A program made the translations under genes and the position numbers. A stretch of DNA of 64,000 bases from Daphnia carinata. Its lineage: Eukaryota. The notes under the pieces are model-generated. The model made no database searches, was not told where the DNA came from, and saw nothing but the letters and a program-made list of their open reading frames with translations. The stretch covers positions 4,464,001-4,528,000 of the forward strand of contig NC_081333.1 in the NCBI RefSeq assembly GCF_022539665.2. The letters run 5' to 3'. This document shows positions 52,801 through 64,000 of the stretch, in pieces. How positions within the stretch are numbered: position 1 is the stretch's first letter; each line of letters opens with the position of its first letter.

Positions 52801-54571
52801 GAACGAAAATTGTTTGTGAGCCCTTGTTCCTCTTTTTTTTTTTCAGTATAAGACAATATTGAAAATGACACCGCCTTAAGAAAAAAATGGGTTTCAGGTG
52901 TAGCGCTAATCATATAGCCCGACTGTTAGTAGAGCAAAACTTCTTGATTGTAAATCTTGTGTTAATGTACGCAGAGCCTAAAGGCCGTGTTGGAGTTGAA
53001 AATCTGCCTCTTTTCGGAACGACAACCGTTTCCAATCAAAGACCCCGCCTTGTGGCCTCTCAGAAGCCAAGGCTAATGCTAAAGGGGGTTGCAAATTGTT
53101 GCTCTTTTTTTTTTTTTTTTTCTTTTTTAGTCAAATAACGATTTACTCTTTTATTTTCGTGATTCTTTTTTTGCTTTTTGAATTCTTTTACAACGACTAA
53201 ACAACACATTTCGCCGTGAGGCAATCGTGATAGGGCGTGTACGACGGCTGACCCACAACGGAGAAAAGATTTTTTTCTTCGAAATTTCTGACTCAAGAGT
53301 TGAAGGTTCTTTTACGTTGGTGGGGTGTGTCAATCGATAGGAAATTTTTGCATCTTTCTTTGAAACGAAATTCCCGGCATCGTCAAGGCTGAATTTAATG
53401 AATGTGGAGCACTCAACAGAGGACCGCTATATACTTTTGTAACAAGTCTATCAGCACTAACGAGCAATACCAAATGATGGAGGAATGTACTGTCGTAGAT
53501 ATATTCGGTGAAATGGTGAGCTATCAAAACCTTGGATAATTTTGTGTTGATTACGTTTTGCGGTGAGGAAAAGTGGACCCACTTCGAGTTCGCTTTCTGG
53601 TTGACGTGGAGACACGAGAGCAAATCGTTTGGTTTTTAATCGAATTCGACCGAGCTGATATACATAAACCGTTCAAGATGTTTACAAAGGCTGTTATTAT
53701 TCAGAACGAGAGTGGGAAACCGTATAGATTGATTGATAACACAGCCAACAAGATCCAATTTCTCACGCTGAGCAGTCATATTCAGGTAAATTGTTTTTTA
53801 TTTTTTTTTTTAAACTTGGTTTGAAAGTAAAAATCGTGCATTCTAACATTTCTAAAATAATAAGCACCTTGTATCCGAATTCGCATTCCGAAGAACGCTA
53901 TCGTTTTCCACGTTGATATATTGTTTTTTGTTTTTGTTTTTCAAGTAAAATGGTGGTTAAGTTCGCATGGTTAGAAGAAAAAAAAACGCAACCGCAAGTT
54001 GATTCTCACGTTATATCTCTTTCGTTGGCTTGAAAAAATTGTTTTTTGCGCATAATTGAATATGCTGCTTCGGCTCGGGTTGATTGTTTTGTTATCTGCT
54101 ATACTTGCAAAAGTCAGAAATGTTTCATGATTTGCATGGCTAATAATAACTTGCCGACCTGACAGAACCAAAATACATTTGTAATTTGATACGAAAGGCC
54201 CACGATTGAAAAGGAATTTTGTAAAAGTGACGATGGTGATGAGATGGAAAACAGTGCGTTAACATATGAAAATCTGAAGGGAAATCGGGAGCTAATGGAA
54301 TGCTGAAAAATGCCAAGCAGATAAGACATTGAAATGTTTAGTAAATATATTATCAATATAAATACTTATCTTGGGCGTTCGAAAACTCGTCATAAGTTTG
54401 AAATGTCAACCGCAAATGATACACGGGAGCATATCAAACGAATAAAAAGGTGTTAACGCATTTGAGAAGCGTGTTCTCGCTTCTCGTATTATCGGAGCGA
54501 AAATAGCTTTACTGTCAGTTGCATTTCGTTGGTCATGTTAGTATAGATTTCTCTCGACACACCGAAACACT

Positions 54572-57435
54572 ATGGCATTCTCGACAGCCGCTCAATGCGA
54601 TTTTCCAAAGCCATGGTCGGGTAATATCAAGTACAACAAGGACAGTGTGCTTGGCAAAGGGGGTTTCGGAGTTGTGTATCGTGGCACTTACAACGATGAA
54701 ACTGTCGCCGTTAAAAGAATCGTATTGGAGAATGTTGATCCACTTAACCGGGAAGTGGCATTGCAGACTCAGCTGGATCACGAGAACGTCTTGAAAATTT
54801 TGACAGTCGAACAGTCTAGCGATTTCAGGTACGTATATTATCTACTCAGGATCAAAAGAGTTGCAAGGCAGTGTTAAATTGTGCGCACGGCGTTCAGGTA
54901 TATCGTTCTAGAGCTGTGCAATGGAACATTGGAACAACTTTGCGATGACACCTACGTCGGTGCGGAATTACCATCAGATGCCAAAATTTTGCGCCAAATG
55001 ACGGAAGGCCTTCGTTACATCCACACGCAGAAATTGGTCCATCGAGACATCAAGCCGGAGAACGTTCTCTTCTATGGCACGACAACCCCTGTGCTTGTTA
55101 AACTGTCCGATTTCGGATTGAGCAAGCACCTGAGCACTAACGAAACATGCAGCATGAGTGGATTCAAAGGAAGCCAACTGTGGATGCCACCCGAATTGTT
55201 ACAGTTAACTGACAATTCATTGCAAATGGGTACTATGTTTCAAGCTAAAGGGTCGCCCAGTAGCGACATTTTTGCCACGGGATGTGTCACTTTCTATTAC
55301 GTCACTCGCGGCATTCATCCGTTTGGCGCTGGTGCTATCGACGTACCCAGCAATATCCGTCATGATAGACCCGTCAACATAGAAAGAGGTATATTTAAAT
55401 TTAAATTTCAAGCCAAATGAGTTTTGCTGAAGTGATATGTTTTGAAACAGGCGATCCTGGGCTCAACTATTTACTCGATATCGCGCGGGAAATGATCAGA
55501 TTCAATCCGAAAGAAAGGCTGGGACTTGACAAAGTCTTGGAAAAGCTTCAGTTTCGCCAGCGATTAAGTAATATACACTTCAAATTAAGTCTACGCGGGT
55601 GATGGCGCTCTTTTAATATACCGCCATTTAACCGAATTGCATATTCGATCGCCATTGACTGTACCTCTATGTGTATGCAGGCTCCACTAGAACGCCCGTG
55701 TTTCATGTGAGATCTAAATTGTGCAACCAATCGATGCCCGATAATAGAGTGACGACATGTGTCTTTCATCCCGTCGATCCCGTTTTAGCCGTTGGCTTCC
55801 ACGATGGAAGTGTCGTTCTCATTACAAATGAAATTGATGAAACGCCTTTTCTAAGCTGGGATCGTGAAACCTTGTCGGCCGTACACGACCACCTCTCGAC
55901 ATCATTTGCCCTGATCAACATGGAATGGAATGTACGTCTTTCCTGTTTTCAAACGTTAATAACATCTCATTTAATTCTTGTCCCTTTCCCCTTGTTTTTT
56001 TTTATAGGTAAATGGAACTCTGTTAGCAGCTAGTACTGATAAGGGGTCCGTCATTTTATGGACGTATCAAAACAAGGAAATCAACTTTGATAGCGTCCAG
56101 CTTGGAGATAACGTCGGAAACATTTATTGGAGCCCATTTGCTACCCACATGTTTGTGGCCAATTTTCGTCATGAGGTTCAATGATTTATTCATATACTGT
56201 TACATTTACTGTTACGATTCTCCCTCTGTTTTGGGCTTTAATCAGTTTTTCACTTCGTTTGAAAAGACGCGTCGGCGAGCCAGGCGTGATTCCGGACATA
56301 AGGGAGGACTTTTGGTTTGGAACGGAGCGATCGACGAAGAAGAAACGGTTGAAACCAAATTGAGAACGACTTATCACATCAGAGATGTTGCCTGGATCTC
56401 GCACGATGAAGTGGCCCTCGCCTGTGACGGAAAAATCCGCATTTTCACCATTATGAACGGCACTAGTTTATCGGCAAACCCCAAACAGCTGCTCCACATT
56501 GTAATTTTGAATTATTTGATCCAGTATGTATCAGTGATTTTTAACTTGTTTCACAATAGGGTGAAGTTGGAGTTGTGGCATGGAACGAACGCTCTAAAAT
56601 GCTGGCCTCCGGATCATCAGAAGGCACCCTGAAGGCAATATCAATCCAGCTTTTGTTATTGATCTACGCTGAAAAAATAAAATAAAATCTTAATGCCATT
56701 TTGGGTAATGCAGATTTGGAAGAAAGAGGGCACCCAGATCTCTGTGCATTGCGAATTAAACGCGAAACCCAGCTGCTTGTCTCTTTCGTGGTATCCATGT
56801 TCGGACGCAAATACGTCCTCTTCCACGGGCGCATCTAAATATCATTTGATTGCGTGGTGCGTTACGTATTATAGCTTGGCTAATCGATTGTGAAGTAGTA
56901 GCTTTTTCCTATGATTTTAAAGAATAACATTTTTTATGGGAGGTCTGCTGTTTAATTTCTTTGTAGTGGCCTCGGTAGCGGATGTATCACCGTATGGAAA
57001 CCGGAACCCGAATCCATTCCCACTACTTTCCCTGCACACAATCGAATGATACACGACGTCTCGTTTTCACCAAACGCTCAATATCTAGCATCCATCGGTG
57101 CTGATGATAAGCTTCACATATGGTCTACCCAGGTAAGCCATTTCCATATTGAATCTCAAATGAAACGAAGCCGGATTATTTTTTTATGTGGCAAGTCGTG
57201 GGAGGAAATTGGCGTTTTTGAAATGAAGAAGGACTTGATGGGTATAAACAGACGCAAAATATCGTGGGACTCCAGTAGTCAGCGGTTGACAACAGCCTCG
57301 GAGCTTACCGAAGTATCTCTCAGAAATTTTATTCTTATTGCCATTCACTTTTGAGGGGCGGGTTCTATTACACGAACTCACTTTTAACGTTAAAATCAGA
57401 TTCTCGTGATCGAGTGTATCGCCGGAGTCGACTGA
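54572..57435 (+). CDS. IRE1-like Ser/Thr kinase domain fused to TBL1/Ebi-like WD40 repeats, ~691 aa
   Basis: Exons 54572-54828, 54898-55388, 55451-55567, 55681-55931, 56008-56175, 56246-56500, 56560-56634, 56714-56856, 56967-57132, 57196-57312, 57400-57435 sum to 2076 nt, in frame. Kinase motifs LGKGGFG, VAVKRI, YIVLELC..TL, HRDIKPEN, SDFGLSK, DIFATGCVTFYYVT.G.HPFG. WD40 motifs MEWNVNGTLLAAS, EVGVVAWNERSKMLASGSSEGTLKIW, HNRMIHDVSFSPNAQYLASIGADDKLHIWSTQ. Confidence 0.8.
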
Positions 57436-59359
57436 TATTGAACGCTCTGATAAATAGAAGCCAGCCAACAAGCCGAATGAAAGAAATAGGTAGGGCGACG
57501 ACACGGCAATCAAATTTTCTTGCCAGTTTCTTCGTTTTACCCCATAGATTAAAGAATTTTATGTAGCTCTTCAAGCAAAGATGACGTCATATGTATCACA
57601 TTACCTGTTTAGGCATATACCTTTTGTACGGGGTATTTGCGGCCCTATCCGACAATGGGCGTGTTGCAATGTATTACATTCCTTAAAGATTACGTTCGTG
57701 ATAGTGACATAATAAACTAAATGTTGAAGCAAAAATCGGAAGCAAAACATTATGGTATCGTTCCATATTTTTCATTTATGGCTTCTGCTGACAATTGTTG
57801 GTTTCTAGATTACGTTTGTTATCTGGCATGTGACGTCGGATAGTTTCGTAACTATACGCAAACGTGACCCGAAAAACAACGAGTTGTCTTTGGTCTATGT
57901 AGAAATTTCGTTATTGCTACAACTCAAATCACTTTAACCAGTTTAGCCATCGGCCGTTCTGAAAGCCAATGAAAGTGAAAACTGTCGTCGCGGAACATTG
58001 CGGTCAGCCTAATATTTAGTGAAATGAAAAAAAAAAACTCGGCGTGACAGAGCAGGTTGTTTACCAATCGGGCTGATTTCGCGTCCGTCAGAGCTGATTT
58101 TGCAACAATATCCGCTTGTTCTAGCGTCAGCAGTTGCTTTACATACTGCACATCAAACATCCACCATAAACAAATGTTAACGCCCTTTACGAACGAAAAC
58201 TGGTGGATGTGACTATAAGGTTACTTTGCATATTTGTATAATGAAGCCAACCGGTTTAGGAGGAGACGTCAATACAACGACCCGAGCCAAAAGAATTTCA
58301 TTTTCTACAGCCTCACCCAAGAAATTCCGTTTCCACAAAGGTCGATGGAGTACAAAATACATCCTGTTTCCATAGTGCTGGAATTGAAACTTAGCGGTAT
58401 CTCAATAATTATACCGTCAGCGCCTTTTTACATGTGGAGTGGTATGCGAATCGATGTTCTGTAATTACCGTTTCTTATACAACAGGGTATGGGCATCACT
58501 TCATTTAATTTGCCGACTTGTCAAATCTTTTGCTTTCCCTAAAGCTTTTTTGTCAATGCCAATTACAAAAGCATGTGACTCCATGTTGAGCCATTAGTCA
58601 TAAGGATGCACATTTGTTAAGGAGGCCCCTAAAAAAAATAAAAAAAAATAAAAACAGAGCATTCGTTTGAGAAAACCTTGAAGTCAAATGGAGATATTAA
58701 AAATGTTCACTAGAGACCATTTTTTACTGACATTTGTTATTGTCCTTAAATTGTAATGATGTACTCACATACACAGGCGGACTGAACAGCAGCGTACATC
58801 AACTTGCTCTTCGGATACCAACTCAAACGTTGTGTGAAAAGTTGAAGTAATAACAGAGAAGAACGAGCCCTAACTTTTACGTCATTTACTTTATCTGTTT
58901 CCTCTGATATTTTGAATGGGAAAATACGGGTAAGGCGCTATTTTGAGTTGGACGCACCTTGTGCTGGAACCCTTTCATACGTGATGATTATAATTGTTAA
59001 TTGCGCAAGAAAATGCCAGTGGGATCTTTAACTGGGAATCCGGTAATCGAACGGCATCTGCTTATACAATAAAAACTCGTTCGGGATAATGTGCAAAGGT
59101 AGGTGTTGTCATTCCCCTTGATTATGACGTTTACGATTCAGAGACCTCCTACCTTTTTTTCGGATAAAAATTAGAACCCATTTCGGAGTCATTGCAAACC
59201 CACATCCGTGAATCACCTTTAGTCTTTGATAGTGTCTTCTTGTGGGTGTGGCAACAGTCCCGCCTCATAACAAAGTCAATTTTTGTGATCCGCGTTTAAT
59301 ATCGAGTATAAATCGTCCGCTTTTAAAGCTACATTGAAGTTTCTAAGAAAAAAAGAAAA

Positions 59360-62163
59360 ATCACGAAAAAGTCGGGCTTATTTTGTCTTGTTCGCTTATT
59401 TTTTAGGCCCAACTTTTAGTTGAAAAAAGTTGCGCTTATAAAGTTGACTTGGAATACGATGGATCCTAACACGGTCCAGCAACATTCGAACGCTGGTTAC
59501 GAATAAAATCTTTATTTTTCTATTAATTGTGCAGTTTTTGAATAAAAAACAGAATCATAGTAGCCTTAGCCCAACTGCTTTGAAGCTGAATAACGCAAAA
59601 ACTATTGGTCCCATACAAAAATGAAGCCGATTCTCGTGGTCCCCGTTTAATTTCGAATAAGGTTCGTATAATTTTATCCATAGTTAGAATTTCGCCAAAA
59701 ATGAAGAAGTGGGAAGGCCTTTCCACTTTTGTCGAAATCCGACAAAAGTGACATTTCATGGAATTGGATGTAACTCACCAGAAATAATCAGAATTAAACG
59801 CTAATTCCGAATATAGCATTCGTTTTCCCCTTAGTTTTGCAGTTTCTGAATAAATCGCAATTTAAGTGATTTTAGTTTTTTTTCGTCGCCAACGCCATCT
59901 ATGAACAGAAATATCGTAAAAATAAGTTTCTATGGTGGAAATGTAATTTAAACTAGGATCAAGACAAAATCCCTACCAGGAAATTCAAAAAAGTGATCGA
60001 AAACTGTCAACAAGATTTTGAGCAACTGATTAAATTATACAGGTTTTGATAAAACGTAATCGAAATCAGGTTGGTATTAGCTCGACTGCTTTGAACCTGA
60101 ATAACGCAAAAACTATTGGTCCCATACAAAAATGAAACCGATTTTCGTGATCCCCATAAAATTTTGAATAAGATTCGTGCAATTTTATCCATAATTAGAA
60201 GTTTGCCTAAAATGAAAAAGGGGGAAGCCTTCCCACTTTAGTCGAAATCCGAAAAAAATGAAACCTCATAGAACTGGATGAAATTCACAGAAAACAATTA
60301 GAACTAAACGCTGATTCCGAATATAGCATTGGTTTTCCCCTTATTTGTGGAGTTTCTGAATAAATCACAATTTAAGTGATTTTAGTTTGTTTACCGTTGC
60401 CAACGCCATCTATCAACAGAAATAACGTAAGAACAGGTTCCGATGCTGGAAATATCACTCAAACTAGGATAACTAAAAAAACTATAAGTCGCACGTAAAA
60501 ACAATGTTCATTTGTATGATTCTCATTGAATTCTCAATCAAAACCATGTATTTAAAAGGATTTATAAATTTTAGCCAAAACTGAAAAAGTAGGAAGGCCT
60601 TCTCACTTTTGTCAAAATCAGCAAAATGTGACATCTCACGGAATTGCATTAAACTCATCATAAATAGTCAGCGTTGAACGCTGATTCAGAATATAGCATT
60701 AATTTTTTTCTTAGTGGTGCAGTTTCGGAATAATGCGCAATCAAAGTGATTTTAGTTTGTTTACCGTCGCCAACGCCACCTATGAACAAAAACATGAACG
60801 TAAAAATAGGTTTCGATGCTGGAAATATCAATCAAACTAGAATCTAGACATGACTTAGGGGTAAACTAATATTGTACTCGTTATCAGCGTTAAATTTGGA
60901 TCATCATAGGCCAGCTTCAGCAAATTTCGAGAGATTGCAGTTTTTGCTAATTTTGACAAAATGGTAGGCCTTTCCACTTTATCATTTTTGGCAGAATTTC
61001 ACAATTAGCTTAAAGTACATGATTCCGACGCAGAATTGAATGCTAATAACGAAAATCAAGTTTATTTTTCAATTGGCCATATAGTTTTTGAGCTAAACGA
61101 AAGAAATGACCGTGGAAAAATTGCTTCAAAAACCTGCAAAAACTGACACTCGTTGGAATTCGTTAATAATCACAGAATATACTCAAAATTGAATGATAAT
61201 TACGGGAAAATTGCTATTTTTTTCATTAAGTCAACCGTTTTTTTAATACACGAATATTTTTGCTACATCGCACTAAACGCTAGCGCGCCAGTACGTGATA
61301 GTGCTTTGAACTTTTTTTTTCATGTTTACCCAAATTTGGCTTAAAATACTTGATTTCGATGCAGAATTTAATGCTAATCATGAAAATCTAATTTATTTTC
61401 CAATGGGCCTTATGGTTTTTAATATAACGAAAAAATAAGAAAAGTCGGGCTTATTTAGTAGGGCTTATTTAGTCGAGCTTATTTAGTAGGGCTTATTTAG
61501 TCGGGCTTAAAAAAATTTTAAGCAAAAACTGACACTCATCGGAATTGGTTGAATGTCACAGGATATACTCAAAATTTAATGCTGATTACGGGAAAATTGT
61601 TAATTTTTTCATTAAGTCAATGATTTTTTTAATACACCGAATATTTCAAATACACAAAGCGCTATCACGTACTGGCGCGCTAGCGTTTAGTGCGATGTAA
61701 CACAAGTAGTCGTGTATTAAAAAAAAACAGTTGACTAAATGAAAAAAATAGCAATATTCGTATAATCAGCATTTAATTTTGGGTATATTCAGAATTTTTC
61801 AATGAATTCCAACGAGTGTCAGTTTTTGCAGGTTTTTGAAGCAATTTTCCCGCGGTCATTTTCTTCGTTTACTTCAAAAACTATAAGGCAACTTGCAAAA
61901 TAAACTTAATTTACGTGATTAGCATTCAATTCTGAATCGAAATCATGTATTTTAAGCCAAATTTAAAATTTGGCCAAAAATGAAGAAGTGGGAAGGCTAT
62001 AGCCTTTCCACTTTTGTCGAAATCCGAAAAAAATTTGATGTCATGGAATTGGATGAAATTTGCCAGAAATAAATTGAACTGAGCGCTGAGTCCGAATATA
62101 GCATTAATATTCCCCTTAGTATTGCAGTTTTTGAATAAAACGGAATCAAAGTGATTTTAGTTG
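59360..62163. repeat. Complex repeat: degenerate ~0.4-0.5-kb direct units followed by a long inverted repeat (foldback/MITE-like)
   Basis: ATAACGCAAAAACTATTGGTCCCATACAAAAATGAA at ~59590 and ~60101; GCCAACGCCA(T/C)CTAT at ~59888, ~60399 and ~60769. Arm ~60855-61308 is the reverse complement of ~61655-62120. Confidence 0.85.
61443..61510. repeat. 14-bp minisatellite AGT(C/A)G(G/A)GCTTATTT, ~4.7 copies
   Basis: Units start at 61443, 61457, 61471, 61485 and 61499, alternating AGTC/AGTA. A single copy also occurs at ~59370. Confidence 0.9.
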
Positions 62164-63593
62164 TAGCTGTACATAAAAATTGTGCGTCCTTCAGGTCATA
62201 TTTTCCTCTTTAGTTATGAAAAACAGCTGCTTGTGGAACTAAATTACAAAAATACAACGAATTTTAAAAACTTCCAGCTACGGATGATTTGGCTTGAGCT
62301 TCACAAAATACCCCAAAGCGTTTACAAGTAGAAGCTCGCATATTTTATTTGTCTTTCATACGTAAATTTTGTTTAAATAGCTTTTTCGTCCTCGAACCAG
62401 ATTGATGTTTCTAAACTTCGAACTAGACAGAAACCGAAAGCTCTCCCACTGTTCCGAAAAACTGGGACAAATTGGAATTAGTTTTGGAGCTACTTTGGCA
62501 AGAAAAAAAAAACTAGAGCTGTTTTACATACACGATTTTCCTATTGCCATTTGGTATATGTTTTTTGTTTTTTTTTCATTTAACTATAATTATTATGCCT
62601 AATACGGGCTCACTAGACTGCAAGTGATATTCGCCTAACCAGTTTACATTCACTGTACGTCACCCACATCAGCACTATCCATAGAAGTCACTCACCACTT
62701 ACGAAAGAGAACAAGAACGGGCGTGGTCCGTAACACGATTCAATATTTGCGCACATTTTTCACTGACACGGACTACAATAAATATTGTTGATATGCATGG
62801 ATGGATCACTCATAATTCAAACAATGCCCCTCTTTAGAAACTATTAATCTACTTTTCCAATGCAGCCAGTATGAGTCAGTGACTAAAAAAGTATACAAAT
62901 AGAGACTATTCAACAAAAAAACGATATCTTGTTTCCATTCTAACGTTGGAATTTGAAACATTTCAACTTGCCATTTGGTGTCCCACAAAAATTCTTTTCT
63001 GACCCAGAAATTGCTCCCTCTTATTATTTTTCTCTTTAATCTGGATGGGTGGAACTCGTTTTTAAAAGCAAATGAGTAGTGGTAAAGCCGTTTAGAAATA
63101 ACGATGACGCTGCGCAGTGAAAGAAAGACATTCTTTAATCGACGATATGATGTGGGTCATTAAGAAACTGTATTGACCATTACGAGGCTTTCAAGGGTTT
63201 CCGCTCTTGGTACATAGACCGAAACCACAATTAAAAAAAAGATATCGTTTTACACACCGAAAAGATACAATCGTTTCTCATGGCTTCTTATGCAGCCTAA
63301 GCTCTTTACAATAGTAAATATTTGTTTGATCAATTGCACTTTCTTTTTAAACCTTTGCCTTTGAAAATGGGTTTACCGGGCTATTAAGAATAATATGTAC
63401 GTCCGAACTATAATGAATCGGACTAATAGCCGGCAATGATTTTATATTAATAAATACTGTAGTTTATATATTCGAATAGAGGTAAAATATATTATTAAAT
63501 AGAATTATGGCCAAAATGGTAAAAGTATAAAGAATCTTCATTGAGCATCGTTATTAAGTCGTACGAACGTCTTCGTGTGGCAAATGGAATAAT

Positions 63594-64000
63594 TTATGCA
63601 GAGTTTGGTTTCGACCTCATCTTTTTGAATGCCAAAAATACTGGTTTCGCTTCCTTTTTCTCGTGAACGAGCTGAACGCTGCTGACGGTTGGTCTCTGAG
63701 GTGGCAAAGTTTCTTTCTGAACGAGTTTGGCGTCGACTTTATCCTTGGATTCTTCTTTCTTAACTTCTTTTTCATCTTGTTTCTCATCTTCTTTCTTTCC
63801 TTCAGTTTTTTCATTGCCCTCTTCCTTTTCTTCTTCGTTCGATTCGTTTCCCTCCTCGTGCTCTTCACCTTCTTGCGATGCCTCTTCCTCACCTTTCTCC
63901 TCGGACGCACCCTCCTCTTCCGATGATTCCTCCGACGTTTCCGATGTACTTCCTAAACCATGGCTCTCTTCCGACGATTCCTCCGACGACGAATCATTGG
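63594..64000 (-). CDS. 3' part of a fourth SSEES/Glu-rich protein D (start outside window)
   Basis: Open frame from the window edge (no start codon, so absent from the ORF track): NDSSSEESSEESHGLGSTSETSEESSEEEGASEEKGEEE...EKKEAKPVFLAFKKMRSKPNSA, stop at 63594. Confidence 0.75.
   Translation of the reverse strand, partial: NDSSSEESSEESHGLGSTSETSEESSEEEGASEEKGEEEASQEGEEHEEGNESNEEEKEEGNEKTEGKKEDEKQDEKEVKKEESKDKVDAKLVQKETLPPQRPTVSSVQLVHEKKEAKPVFLAFKKMRSKPNSA

Noticed and set aside
54572..57435. True IRE1 orthologue, or the kinase that phosphorylates the neighbouring SSEES proteins
   Set aside because: No luminal, transmembrane or KEN domain. Without a signal peptide it would be cytosolic and could not reach secreted substrates, so the adjacency is not evidence of a shared pathway.
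57900..59280. Possible degraded transposase or gene remnant
   Set aside because: Only short broken frames, with no motif I can recognise.
59360..62163. CRISPR-like array
   Set aside because: Eukaryotic context, long degenerate units without unique spacers, and no cas-like ORFs.
63617..63910. Lys/Arg-rich ORF from the track
   Set aside because: Out-of-frame reading of the Glu-rich gene D; the acidic frame is open from the window edge to 63594.

Overview
Intron-rich eukaryotic (arthropod) genomic DNA. The very short introns, gene content and an IRE1-like kinase of a lineage-expanded type suggest a water flea (Daphnia); this is inference. Left third: compact housekeeping block with MYBBP1A (-, runs off the left edge), eIF4H with a long DRGG/DRYG insert (+), INTS2 (-), a tRNA-Pro-derived SINE-like element plus a possible Helitron end, LRRC28 (-) and an SLC37/GlpT-type MFS transporter (+). 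Middle: a long-intron Dpr-family two-Ig-domain gene (-) whose first coding exon I could not place. Right half: four minus-strand genes for secreted, acidic, Ser/Glu-rich (SSEES) low-complexity proteins. Two are clear paralogues sharing short motifs and promoter elements, and one of these carries a 1-nt frameshift. The cluster is interrupted by an 11-exon gene fusing an IRE1-like kinase (no luminal, transmembrane or RNase domain) to a TBL1/Ebi-like WD40 region, and by a ~2.8-kb tandem-plus-inverted repeat. All exon coordinates were derived by eye from splice sites and frame continuity. Long homopolymers suggest imperfect consensus accuracy.
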